From: Acidimicrobiia bacterium
Lineage (GTDB): Bacteria > Actinomycetota > Acidimicrobiia > Spongiisociales > ZC4RG35
Reading direction: 5' to 3'
Length of the DNA: 64,000 bases
NCBI GenBank assembly: GCA_050741915.1
Contig: JBOGEX010000126.1
Location: 10,668 to 74,667, forward strand
Shown piece by piece: positions 8,192 through 17,621 of the stretch. A model generated the notes under the pieces. That model saw only the letters and a list, made by a program, of their open reading frames with translations, ran no database searches and had not been told where the DNA came from. The translations under genes were made by a program, and so were the position numbers. Position 1 is the stretch's first letter. Every line of letters begins with the position of its first letter.

Positions 8192-9669
8192 CTACAGGGC
8201 GGCCTCACCTGAGTCGGGAGCGACTTGCCGGCCAGAGACGTCGACGGCTTCGAACGCTGAACCCGAGATCGAACCAAGCTCGTGGAGCACGTCGTTGTTC
8301 CAACGGGAGTCGGGGGCGCCGGAGATGTACCAGGGGGAACCGTTGTCAGCGAGGATCATCCCGTATTGGTTGAGGGCGGTGAGGATCACCTGGACCTCGG
8401 GCGAAAACCCGCTCTGATCAAACGACCCCCGGAGCCGAAAACGCTGCCCCATCAGAGTGAGGCTCGACGACGTGTTGGACGACGCGAAATGCCGGGCCGG
8501 CCAGACGTAGGCCCGCTGGGTTTGGGGAGCGGTGAACCGGATGGCATGACCGATGAAGCCGGAGGCGACCTGGTCGTAGAGAACAAGTCCGGGAAAGATC
8601 GGGAGCCCGGCCGCATCGGCCGAGGCCCAGCCCGCAGGTCGAAGAGCATTGGAGCGGAGGTCATATGCGGCACCAGATTCGGCCTCCCAGCTCCCGTTCG
8701 ACTGCGGAACGCCCGGTAGAGCTCGTAAAGCCGACAGCTCGAACGGTCGAGGGCGAGGACGTGCCGATCCCCATCTGCGGATGGTCCAACCTCGACCGGG
8801 GCGCTCGCCGCGATGGGGAACGGACCAGGGTCGCTCTCCTCGCCGTAAGCCGTGTAGGTGATGGTGACGAGCGGTTGGCCCGCCGCCTCTATGAAAGGGA
8901 TCCCGATCGGCGAGTTCGAGCCGGGAGGCCAGACCCTGAACCGAAGTCGGCGTGCATGCGAGCGCTCGCTCCGATCGAGGAGACGTATTGGGCCGAGCGA
9001 GCATGGATCGGTGCCTGGTCGACCCTGGTGTTCCAGATGTTGTTCGCCGGGAGAATCGAACAATCATTTGGAGGGGGCACGGAGATCGAGGTCAGGTTCT
9101 CAGCTCGGACAAGAAACGTGGCCATCTGGTCGCGCAAGACGGGATCTCGGGGGCAGAACCGGTCAGTGGTGCAGCCGGTGGTGATTCCGGCCGCGGCGAG
9201 GCGGTTGATCTCGTTCTCGAGGGCTGAGCTCTCGTCGTCGACGAACCTATCCACGGTTGCATCTCCATAGACGTAAGCGCGGACCAAGAAAGCCGCCATC
9301 TGCTCGCGGGTGACCGGGTCGTTCGGGCAAAAGGTATTGGTGGAGCATCCGGTGGTGATACCGGTTGCGGCGAGACGGTTGATGAAGTCCTCGAAAGGGG
9401 AAGCTTCGTCGTCTGTGAAGCGGTCGCCCGATGAGGCGGAAAGCGCGAGTGCCCGCGAGAGGAAGGCCGCCATTTGACCGCGGCTGACAACGTCGCCCGG
9501 CCAGAAACGACTGGTGAGACAGCCGGTGGTGATTCCCGGCGGCAAAGAGTGCCTCGATGTTGGGCTCGTGCGGGTTGCCGTTGTCGTCGACGAAGGTCCC
9601 GCCAGGCGGAAGGTCGGCCGCCAGCAGCAGCACCAGGCTCAGGACGCCAAGAGATCTTCGCAACCTCAC
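8192..9669 (-). pseudogene. SLH-domain surface protein with a C-terminal catalytic-like domain, disrupted by at least 3 frameshifts
   Basis: Four consecutive minus-strand ORFs in different frames together read as one protein. 9669-9247 gives a signal peptide and the first half of SLH domain 1. 9545-8889 gives three SLH repeats (GITTGCxTxxFCPxDPVTREQMAAFLVRA). 9063-8452 and 9067-8192 give a C-terminal domain (...GMILADNGSPWYISGAPDSRWNND...). Confidence 0.5.
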
Positions 9670-9735
9670 CGAGTTTTATCGGCTGATGCCGCCAGGAGGG
9701 TTTAGGTCTACCGGAGGGTTACCGGGCGGTCGTGG

Positions 9736-10659
9736 TTGAATCGCTGTGTGGCTGGATCTCGGACCGGGGTGGTGTCGAGCGCCGATGTCGATTCCTACCT
9801 TCGCCGCTTGGGCGTCGATGCCGAGCGACCTTCAGCTGCTGCGCTCTTCCGCCTCCACAGAGCGCAAGTGGAGCACGTCACGTACGAAACGATCTGGATT
9901 CACCTCGGCCAGCAGTGGGGCATCGATCCGGTCGATTCGCTCCGCCGCGTGGCGCACGATCGACGAGGCGGTTACTGCTATCACCTCAACGGCGCATTTT
10001 TCGAGCTCCTGAGGGCGCTTGGCTACCAGGTGACCCGTCATATCGGTGGCGTGCATGGGCCCGAGGGGCCGAGCCCCGAAGCCCTCACGAATCACCTTGT
10101 GCTAGTCGTGGATGGATTGCCGACGGACGCCAACCCGGCGGGCAGGTGGTACGTCGACGCCGGACTGGGAGACGCGCTCTATGAGCCCTTGCCGATGGTG
10201 GCGGGGAAGTACGTGCAAGCACCGATGCGATTCGGGTTGACCGAGACCAACGATGGTGTCGGTGACTGGCACCTCGCTCACGACCCGACCGGTTCCTTCA
10301 CGGGCATGAGCTTCCGCCTGGAACCGGTTTCGATCAACGCTTTCACCGAGCGCCACGCCTACTTATCGACGTCACCGCAGTCAGGCTTTGTGAGAGTGAT
10401 CACGGTCCAGCGCCGCCATGCCACCGGCGCCGACATCTTGCGCGGCCTGGTGTTGACTCGGACCGGCGCCGAGCAACGCGACGAGCGAGTGCTCGATCAG
10501 CGCCGCGACTGGCTGGGCGTGATCAATGATCTGTTTGGTCTGCGGCTTGATGCCGCCCCTCAAGCCCTTGAGTCCTTGTGGGCCAAAGTCGTGGCCATTC
10601 ACGAGGCCCGGTCCCCCTCTACCGGAGGGTTACTGGTGCGCCCTCCGGGCGCCATTTGA
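9736..10659 (+). CDS. Arylamine N-acetyltransferase (NAT family)
   Basis: Catalytic-cysteine motif RRGGYCYHLNGAF and overall NAT architecture (about 290 aa). The last 13 codons are encoded by a 16-bp repeat also present upstream of the gene. Confidence 0.75.
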   Translation: MNRCVAGSRTGVVSSADVDSYLRRLGVDAERPSAAALFRLHRAQVEHVTYETIWIHLGQQWGIDPVDSLRRVAHDRRGGYCYHLNGAFFELLRALGYQVTRHIGGVHGPEGPSPEALTNHLVLVVDGLPTDANPAGRWYVDAGLGDALYEPLPMVAGKYVQAPMRFGLTETNDGVGDWHLAHDPTGSFTGMSFRLEPVSINAFTERHAYLSTSPQSGFVRVITVQRRHATGADILRGLVLTRTGAEQRDERVLDQRRDWLGVINDLFGLRLDAAPQALESLWAKVVAIHEARSPSTGGLLVRPPGAI

Positions 10660-11194
10660 TCGAGCAGCCGAGCGAGGGAACCTGCTCCACCTTGACCTCC
10701 TCGCGGGCGAGAACAGCCTTCGTCGCCGCCCGCAAGCTCTCCCCGGTCACCTCGACCTCGTTACTGGGTCTGGCGCCGTCGAACTGACCTCGGTAAGCCA
10801 GGCGATGCTCATGGTCGAAGAGGAAGAAGTCGGGGGTGCAGGCGGCGGTGAAGGCGCGGGCTACTTCCTGGCTCTCGTCGAAGAGAATGGGGAAGATGAA
10901 GCCCACTTCGTTGGCCACTCGGGCCTGGTTCTTTGGGGCGTCCTCGGGGTAGGCGTTGGTGTCGTTGGAAGCAATGCCGACGATCGCCAGTTCGGTCCCG
11001 CCAAAGTCATTGCCGAACCGAGCTAGCCCACTCTGGATCCGCTTTACGTATGGGCAGTGAACGCAAAGGAACACGACCAGGAGTGGTCGATCGACGAAGT
11101 CGTCGGAACCGACGCTCTCGCCAGTGCGAACGTCGGTGAGGAGGAACTTGGGGAGCTCGGTGCCGAGCGAGAGCATTGTCGAAGCAACAGCCAT
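10619..11194 (-). CDS. Thioredoxin-fold thiol-disulfide oxidoreductase (redoxin/TlpA-like)
   Basis: CxxC motif in LVVFLCVHCPYV; about 190 aa thioredoxin-like fold. Confidence 0.65.
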   Translation of the reverse strand: MAVASTMLSLGTELPKFLLTDVRTGESVGSDDFVDRPLLVVFLCVHCPYVKRIQSGLARFGNDFGGTELAIVGIASNDTNAYPEDAPKNQARVANEVGFIFPILFDESQEVARAFTAACTPDFFLFDHEHRLAYRGQFDGARPSNEVEVTGESLRAATKAVLAREEVKVEQVPSLGCSIKWRPEGAPVTLR

Positions 11195-11229
11195 CCGGCA
11201 AGGCTAAACCCTCGCAGCATGTAGGCCAG

Positions 11230-12585
11230 CTAACTCTCGCGGGAGTACCACACATTGCCGGGGCCGATGTAGCTGTTGCCCTCGCCCCATAACGCGACGG
11301 TTCTACTTTCTGAGTCGATGTCGAGCTCGAAGTAGTCGCCATAGGGCTGCAGGTAACCATCGTCAGGGGTTGCCAGTTTGTAGGGGAAACCGTTCACGAA
11401 GGCGGACAGCTGCGCCTCCGTCGACCAAGTGATGCCGCCGTCCACCGAGCGGCGGTAGTAGGTATTCCATCGAGCATTGGGGTCGTTCCCGCCCGCATCG
11501 AGACCGTTGCGGTCGTCCTGCCAGGCGATGCGCACGTCGCCAGCGCCGGTGGCTATCAGCGCCGGAAACAGGTTGTTGACTCCGGGGGGGGCGAGCGATA
11601 CATCGACTGGGTTGCTCCAGGTCTCGCCGGTCGATCGGGCGACGAACATCCGATTCGGATCGAACTTGGCGCGGTTGGCGTTCCACAGCACGTACACCCC
11701 ATCCCCGTCGTCGACGCCGATTGCCATCTGTGCGCCCCAGTAGTCCCAGCCGCCGCAGTCGCAAGGTGGCGGCGCCTGCGATTGGTCGATGACGGTGGTC
11801 GTCCACGTATCGCCGCCGTCCGCGGTCGAGGTGATGTACAGGTTGATCGTCCCTTTTGCCTGGCCCGGGTTGTTAACGCCGTTCCACGCGAAGTAGACAG
11901 TGCCATCGGGGCTTATCGCCGCACCGGATGGCAGCGAGACGCCGAGCTTGCTGTTGGTGTTGTGCACCGGTTGGACCACGCTCCAGGTGTTACCGCCGTC
12001 ATGGCTGATCGATACCCAGATCTTTTGCTGGCTGTGGTAGGAGAGGTACACGTGGCCGTCCCTCGCCGCCAGGGCGATCTTGTCAAGGCCGCGCTGAATG
12101 TCTTCGACGAGCACCGGCTCGAAGGTTTGCCCGAAGTCGTCGGAGCGGGCGACGAACATGCTCGACTTGTCGCCTTCCATATAGGCCGCGTAGACGGTTT
12201 TTCCGTCGCCGGCATCGACCACGATCTGGGGGTCGTCCTGGCGGGTTTCCGATGGTGCCAGCGCGTGCGGCTCACCCCAGGTCGTGCCGTTGTCGTCGGA
12301 TATCTGTATCACCATGTGCGGGCTGGGACATTCCGGGCAGGAGGGATCGATCTCGCCGGAGGATCCACCTCCAAATCCCACGTAATGGGTCCAGAGCGCG
12401 TAGACGTGCCCGAAGTCGTCCGCGGCGATGGCCGGTTCCCAGTCGTCGCCGGCCGGGAATCCGAGTCGCACCGGCGCCTCAAAACCCGGCGTCGGAGGAG
12501 GCGGCAACGCTGCGGCCGCGGGGCCGATGACCAGGGCAGCCAATAACCCAAGAGCGGCGGGTACGACCGCCGATCGGGCACGCAT
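11230..12585 (-). CDS. Secreted BNR/Asp-box repeat protein (sialidase-like glycosyl hydrolase fold)
   Basis: N-terminal signal peptide (MRARSAVVPAALGLLAALVIGPAAAA). Four Asp-box motifs: SDDNGTTW, SHDGGNTW, STADGGDTW, SVDGGITW. Confidence 0.65.
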   Translation of the reverse strand: MRARSAVVPAALGLLAALVIGPAAAALPPPPTPGFEAPVRLGFPAGDDWEPAIAADDFGHVYALWTHYVGFGGGSSGEIDPSCPECPSPHMVIQISDDNGTTWGEPHALAPSETRQDDPQIVVDAGDGKTVYAAYMEGDKSSMFVARSDDFGQTFEPVLVEDIQRGLDKIALAARDGHVYLSYHSQQKIWVSISHDGGNTWSVVQPVHNTNSKLGVSLPSGAAISPDGTVYFAWNGVNNPGQAKGTINLYITSTADGGDTWTTTVIDQSQAPPPCDCGGWDYWGAQMAIGVDDGDGVYVLWNANRAKFDPNRMFVARSTGETWSNPVDVSLAPPGVNNLFPALIATGAGDVRIAWQDDRNGLDAGGNDPNARWNTYYRRSVDGGITWSTEAQLSAFVNGFPYKLATPDDGYLQPYGDYFELDIDSESRTVALWGEGNSYIGPGNVWYSRES

Positions 12586-12614
12586 CGGCTCAGCCTACTG
12601 GGCCGATGTCGCCG

Positions 12615-14213
12615 TCACATGCGGAAGACGCCGAACTCGTTCGAGCCCTGGACAGGGGCCGAATGGCTGGCGGAGAGTGCGATCCCGAGCACATGGCGGG
12701 TTTGCCGGGGGTCGATGAGGCCGTCGTCACGAATTCGGGCGGTGGAGAAGAACGCCTGCTCCTCGTGACCGATCTGAGACTCGATCAATGCTCGTCGTTG
12801 CTGATCGGCGTCCTCGTCGAAGGGTCGACCCTGATCGAGGGCGGCCTGCCGGGCGATGATGGACATGACCCCGGCGAGCTGTTTGGGCCCCATCACCGCC
12901 ACCTTGTGATTCGGCCATCCGAAGACAAACCGGGGGTTGTAAGAACGTCCCGACATGCCGTAGTTCCCGGCGCCGTAGGACACCCCTGCCATCAGCGAGA
13001 AATGAGGGACCGTCGAGTTGGCGACAGCGTTGATCATCTTCGCCCCATCTTTGATGATCCCTCTCTGCTCGTACGCCTTGCCCACCATGTAGCCGGTCGT
13101 GTTATGGATAAAGAGCAGCGGAGTGTCATATCGATTGCACAACTGGATGAACTCGGTGGCCTTATGGGCCTCCTCCGAAAAGAGGACACCCTGGGCATTG
13201 GCGAGGACTCCGACGACGAAACCGTGGATCGAACCCCATCCGGTTACTAGTGAGGTTCCGTAAACCGCCTTGTACTCCTCGAAACGCGAGCCGTCGAGGG
13301 TGCGAGTCAGAATTTCGCGGGGATCGAAGGGGATCCGCAGATCGGCCGGAATGATGCCGAGGATGTCGTCGGGATCATGAATCGGTGAGTCGGGCGTCTG
13401 CGTGGGGCCATATCCGTGCTTGCGCCAGTTGAGATGGGCGACGATGTCGCGGCCGATACGAAGGGCGTCGAGCTCGTCCTGGGCGAAGTAGTCGGAGAGT
13501 CCAGAGATCCGGGAATGCATCTCCGCCCCGCCCAGCTCCTCGTCGGTGGACTCCTCGCCCGTCGCCATCTTCACCAGCGGGGGACCGCCGAGAAAAACCT
13601 TGGCCCGCTCTTTCACCATGACGGAGTAGTCGCACATCGCCGGCACATAGGCACCTCCGGCCGTCGAGCTCCCGAAGACCAACGCCACCGTGGGGATGCC
13701 GAGGCGGGAGAGCTGAGTGAGATTGCGAAACCACTTGCCCCCGGTAATGAAGACCTCGGCCTGATCGGGGAGATCCGCCCCGCCCGACTCCACCAGGTTG
13801 ACCAAGGGCAGCCGGTTCTCCCGCGCGATGTCCTGAGCGCGCAAGGTCTTGGCCAGGCTGTAGCGATTCGAGGACCCCGCCTGGCTGGTGGGGTCGTGGG
13901 CCGAGATGAGGCATTCCACCCCCGAGATGACGCCGAGGCCGGTGACAGCATTGCCCCCGAGGTTCTTGTCGGTCCCCCAGGCCGCCAGCGTCGACAGCTC
14001 GAGGAAGTGGGAGTCGCGGTCTAGCAGGAGCTCGATGCGCTCGCGGACCATCATCTTTCCCCGGGCGCGGTGACGATCGATGTACTTCTGGCCCCCACCC
14101 AGCCTCGCCTCGGCTTGGAGGGCCTCAAACTCCTCGAGCCGCTCAGTGCTTGCCTGGTAGTTGGAGGCAAACTCGTCGCTCTTCCGATCGACCCGGCTTC
14201 CGAGCACCTGCAT
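12615..14213 (-). CDS. Acyl-CoA carboxylase carboxyltransferase (beta) subunit, methylcrotonyl-CoA carboxylase beta-like
   Basis: 532 aa with both carboxyltransferase domains (GGGQKYIDRHRARGKMMVRERIELLLD..., GGAYVPAMCD, GVSYGAGNYGMSG). Confidence 0.85.
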   Translation of the reverse strand: MQVLGSRVDRKSDEFASNYQASTERLEEFEALQAEARLGGGQKYIDRHRARGKMMVRERIELLLDRDSHFLELSTLAAWGTDKNLGGNAVTGLGVISGVECLISAHDPTSQAGSSNRYSLAKTLRAQDIARENRLPLVNLVESGGADLPDQAEVFITGGKWFRNLTQLSRLGIPTVALVFGSSTAGGAYVPAMCDYSVMVKERAKVFLGGPPLVKMATGEESTDEELGGAEMHSRISGLSDYFAQDELDALRIGRDIVAHLNWRKHGYGPTQTPDSPIHDPDDILGIIPADLRIPFDPREILTRTLDGSRFEEYKAVYGTSLVTGWGSIHGFVVGVLANAQGVLFSEEAHKATEFIQLCNRYDTPLLFIHNTTGYMVGKAYEQRGIIKDGAKMINAVANSTVPHFSLMAGVSYGAGNYGMSGRSYNPRFVFGWPNHKVAVMGPKQLAGVMSIIARQAALDQGRPFDEDADQQRRALIESQIGHEEQAFFSTARIRDDGLIDPRQTRHVLGIALSASHSAPVQGSNEFGVFRM

Positions 14214-14293
14214 CGTTTTTCGAGGCTAGCTCCCACTCAACTTCGGGTCTGAGAGGGCCGATACATCCTGGTAACTCAGGAGGTCTGTGAGGG

Positions 14294-15157
14294 ATGCTTC
14301 TTTCTGGGAGTCTTAGCAACTGGTCGGTGGGCGACCTATTGCAGATCATGCGGGTGACGGCCAAAACGGCCACGCTGCGAATCGATGGTTCGCGCCCCGG
14401 TGTGATCCATTTCGGCGAAGGGCGCATCGTCGGCGCCGGACTCGCCGGCCAGCGGGTTCCTCGCAACGCCGAAGAGGCTTTACGGGCTACGGTCGATGCC
14501 CTTCACGTCCTCACTTCCACCGTCGACGGTGCCTTCCTTGTCGCCGAGCCCGACTTCGACCCTGCCCTTCGGGGCTGGGATGTGGCCGAAGTGATGATGG
14601 AGGTCGACCGCCTCCGGCAAATGGAACACGAGGTCATCTCACAGGGAGTTACCGATGACACCTTGCTCCATCTTGCCTCCGAAGTAGCCACTCCGGTCAC
14701 ACTCCATTCCGAGGAGTGGGCGGCACTTTGTGCCCTCGTGCCCTCCTTCAGCCTGAGCTCGCTCCAGGAGGCCTTCGGTAACTCCCGCGCTCTCCAGTTC
14801 CTGAGCGCTCTTCTCGGACGCGGACTCACGGTTCTTGCCCCCGATACCCAAGTCGAGGTAGCGATCGACACGGTCCCCGCTCCGGAGCCCATCGTCCTCA
14901 ATGAGGTGAGCGTGGTCGTCGATTCGGAGCCAGAGCTGCCGATCCTCGACTGGTTGGGCGACCATCGGGTCGAGGGCGCGATCGATCTCAGTCCCGAAAT
15001 GGCCGAAGAAGAAGGGGAAGAGTACGAAGAAGACGAAGAGGAGTTAGAAGCCGATCCCAGTCGCCGGGTATTGCGGGCCGTCGTCGCCTCACCAGAGACC
15101 ACCCTCGTTTCCAACGTACTCGGTGATATGCGAAAGCTGAGGACCGGTCAGAGCTGA
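14294..15157 (+). CDS. DUF4388-domain protein (PatA-N-like)
   Basis: N-terminal GSLSNWSVGDLLQIM... matches DUF4388. The C-terminus is acidic and low-complexity. Confidence 0.45.
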   Translation: MLLSGSLSNWSVGDLLQIMRVTAKTATLRIDGSRPGVIHFGEGRIVGAGLAGQRVPRNAEEALRATVDALHVLTSTVDGAFLVAEPDFDPALRGWDVAEVMMEVDRLRQMEHEVISQGVTDDTLLHLASEVATPVTLHSEEWAALCALVPSFSLSSLQEAFGNSRALQFLSALLGRGLTVLAPDTQVEVAIDTVPAPEPIVLNEVSVVVDSEPELPILDWLGDHRVEGAIDLSPEMAEEEGEEYEEDEEELEADPSRRVLRAVVASPETTLVSNVLGDMRKLRTGQS

Positions 15158-15163
15158 CGTTTT

Positions 15164-15215
15164 CATTCTTGCGTAAATTTCGGCACATAAATGCGCCGAG
15201 ATTTACGCAAGAATG
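15164..15215 (+). promoter_or_regulatory. 21-bp-stem inverted repeat sequestering the udk start codon
   Basis: CATTCTTGCGTAAATTTCGGC (15164-15184), loop ACATAAATG, GCCGAGATTTACGCAAGAATG (15194-15214). 20/21 complementary with one G-U wobble. The ATG at 15191 sits at the loop/stem junction. The element is AT-rich in a GC-rich genome. Confidence 0.6.
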
Positions 15216-15832
15216 TTGTGATCGGGATCGCCGGGGGATCTGGCTCGGGCAAAACCACGATTGCCGCAGCGGCGGCAGCAGCCGTCTCCGGGGTTCTGAT
15301 CATCCAGCACGATGCCTACTACCGGCATCGACCCGAGCTCGCCTTGGCCGAACGAGCAGCGGTCAATTACGACCATCCGGATTCGCTCGAGACCGAGCTC
15401 TTGATCAATCACCTCCAACTCCTCCGCAAAGGGGATAGGGTCGAGATCCCGACCTATGACTTCGCCGCCCATCTGCGGGCGGAGCGCACGACGCCGGTCG
15501 AGCTAGCCCAGGTAGTGATCGTCGAAGGGATTCTCGTGCTGGCCGACGTTGATCTCCGATCTCAACTCGATTTGAAGATCTATGTCGACACCGATGCCGA
15601 CCTGCGACTGGCGCGACGTATCCAACGTGACATCGACGAGCGAGGTCGCCACCTTGCCTCCGTGTTGGATCAATACTTCGCCACGGTGCGGCCGATGCAT
15701 CTCGAGTTCGTCGAACCTTCCAAGAGGTACGCCGACCTCATCATCCCGGAGGGTTATAACCCGAATGCACTGGCGACCATGGTGGAGATGATTCGAGCCA
15801 ACCTGGCCGGGAACGACCCTTCCATATACTAA
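15191..15832 (+). CDS. udk: Uridine kinase
   Basis: P-loop VVIGIAGGSGSGKTT, the uridine-kinase motif YDHPDS, and a length of 213 aa. Confidence 0.85.
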   Translation: MRRDLRKNVVIGIAGGSGSGKTTIAAAAAAAVSGVLIIQHDAYYRHRPELALAERAAVNYDHPDSLETELLINHLQLLRKGDRVEIPTYDFAAHLRAERTTPVELAQVVIVEGILVLADVDLRSQLDLKIYVDTDADLRLARRIQRDIDERGRHLASVLDQYFATVRPMHLEFVEPSKRYADLIIPEGYNPNALATMVEMIRANLAGNDPSIY

Positions 15833-15837
15833 CCCCA

Positions 15838-16644
15838 ATGACCAGGCGCCCTACGGTCGCTGTCGTCGGAGTCGGCGCCATGGGTGAGGCTCTGACCGCC
15901 GGACTCCTCAACGCCGGGTGGGATCCTACCGATCTCACGCTGGTCGTGCGTCGTCCCGAAAGGATTGCTCAACTCCGGGAAAGAACCGGGCTGGAGGCGT
16001 CACTTTCGATCGAAGACGCTTCGGGTCGCGATGTGATCGTCATTGCGGTCAAGCCGCGCGACGTCGCCTCGCTGCTCGAGGGCCTGAAGGCGGCGATCAA
16101 GCCTGGGCAAGTACTGCTCTCGATCGCCGCCGGGGTGCCGACGTCGACCTACGAGGCGGCTCTGAGCGATGTGGCTGTGGTGAGGGCGATGCCCAACACT
16201 CCGGCGTTGGTCAAAGAAGCGGTCACCGGGATGGCCGGGGGCCGGCATGCAGGCGAGGGCGAGCTCGAAAAGGCGCGCCTGGTACTCGAAGCGGTCGGGG
16301 GAGTGCAACAACTCGACGAAAGCCTCCTCGACGCCGTCACCGCGGTGAGCGGCACCGGACCGGCCTATGTATTCCTCCTGGCGGAGGCCCTCACCGAAGC
16401 TGCGGTCCGCGAGGGCCTGCCCCGCGACATTGCCGAGTCTTTTGTCAACCAGACCATCCGTGGCGCCGGCCACCTTCTCACCGAGACGTCACGGGGTCCG
16501 TTCGAGCTTCGGTCGCAGGTGACCTCGCCTGGAGGAACCACCGCCGCCGCGGTCCATGTGCTCGAAGAGCGCGGTTTTCGAGCCCTGGTCGAAGACGCCG
16601 TGCGGGCCGCTGCCCAGCGAGCTAGGGAGCTCGGCTCGGGATGA
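15838..16644 (+). CDS. proC: Pyrroline-5-carboxylate reductase
   Basis: Rossmann N-terminus VAVVGVGAMGEAL and the ProC C-terminal signature SPGGTTAAAV; 268 aa. Confidence 0.85.
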   Translation: MTRRPTVAVVGVGAMGEALTAGLLNAGWDPTDLTLVVRRPERIAQLRERTGLEASLSIEDASGRDVIVIAVKPRDVASLLEGLKAAIKPGQVLLSIAAGVPTSTYEAALSDVAVVRAMPNTPALVKEAVTGMAGGRHAGEGELEKARLVLEAVGGVQQLDESLLDAVTAVSGTGPAYVFLLAEALTEAAVREGLPRDIAESFVNQTIRGAGHLLTETSRGPFELRSQVTSPGGTTAAAVHVLEERGFRALVEDAVRAAAQRARELGSG

Positions 16645-17549
16645 GCCTCTTTTCCCGCCTGCTGGTGGGAACGGCTGAATCCCCCCCGATCAAGCGACTC
16701 ATCACCCGAACCACCGCCGGCCAAGCGCTCGCTTATCGGTTCGTAGCTGGAGAGACCCTCGACCAGGCCGCCGCGGTCGCTCGGCGGCTCAATCATTCCG
16801 GGATGGCAGTGTCACTCGACCTGCTCGGCGAAGAGGTGCTGTCAACTGCCGAGGTCGACCTTGCCTACAAGGGGTATGAGGAGTGCCTGCAACGCATCGC
16901 TGACGACGAGCTCGATGCCAACATTTCGATCAAGCTCACCCAACTCGGGTTGGCCGTCGATCGCGACGTCGCTTCCTCGACCCTCGATCGACTCGCCGTC
17001 GTTGCCCGGGAGATCGGGCTCACGATCACCATCGATATGGAGGACTCTCGTTACACCGCGGCCACGGTCGATCTCTACCGGCAGGCGCAAGAGCGTCACG
17101 GCAACCTCGGGCTGGCTCTCCAGGCCTATCTGTATCGAACTCCGGGCGACATCACGAGCCTGGTGGGTCTCGGCGGACACCTGCGGCTTTGCAAAGGTGC
17201 CTATGTCGAAGAGCGCGATGTTGCCTTCATCGACAAGGACGAAGTCGACGCGGCCTTCGCCCGTCTCCTGGAGATGCTGATGTCGGCCGACCAGGTGATG
17301 CCAGCCATCGCCACCCACGATCCTCCCTTGATCGAGCTGACGAGGCGATTGGCCCGCACAAGGCGAGCACCCTTCGAGTTTCAGATGCTGTACGGGGTCC
17401 GCACGCAAGCGCAGCAGGAACTCGTCAGGGCCGATTATCCGGTTCGGATCTACCTGCCGTACGGCGTCGCCTGGTATCCGTATCTGGTGCGCCGGTTAGG
17501 AGAGCGCCCTGCCAATCTCGGTTTCTTCCTGAGATCGCTTTGGCGATGA
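16641..17549 (+). CDS. Proline dehydrogenase (monofunctional PutA-like)
   Basis: 302-aa ProDH TIM-barrel family (…LDLLGEEV…, YLPYGVAWYPYLVRRLGERPANLGFFLRSL). Its ATG overlaps the proC stop (ATGA). Confidence 0.8.
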   Translation: MSLFSRLLVGTAESPPIKRLITRTTAGQALAYRFVAGETLDQAAAVARRLNHSGMAVSLDLLGEEVLSTAEVDLAYKGYEECLQRIADDELDANISIKLTQLGLAVDRDVASSTLDRLAVVAREIGLTITIDMEDSRYTAATVDLYRQAQERHGNLGLALQAYLYRTPGDITSLVGLGGHLRLCKGAYVEERDVAFIDKDEVDAAFARLLEMLMSADQVMPAIATHDPPLIELTRRLARTRRAPFEFQMLYGVRTQAQQELVRADYPVRIYLPYGVAWYPYLVRRLGERPANLGFFLRSLWR

Positions 17550-17550
17550 G

Positions 17551-17619
17551 GGCTCGTTCTCTGGGCTGTAGAGGCTGTTGGACAACCTCTAGAACCCAGG
17601 GTTCGCTTTAAGGTCGGGG
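17551..17619 (+). repeat. About 65-70 bp palindromic intergenic element, copy 2 of 4
   Basis: GCTCGTTCTCTGGGCTGTAGAGGCTGTtggACAACCTCTAGAACCCAGGGTTCGCTTTAAGG lies directly after the stop at 17547-17549. About 75% identical to copy 1, with compensatory stem changes (C:G to G:C). Confidence 0.7.
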
Positions 17620-17621
17620 CC

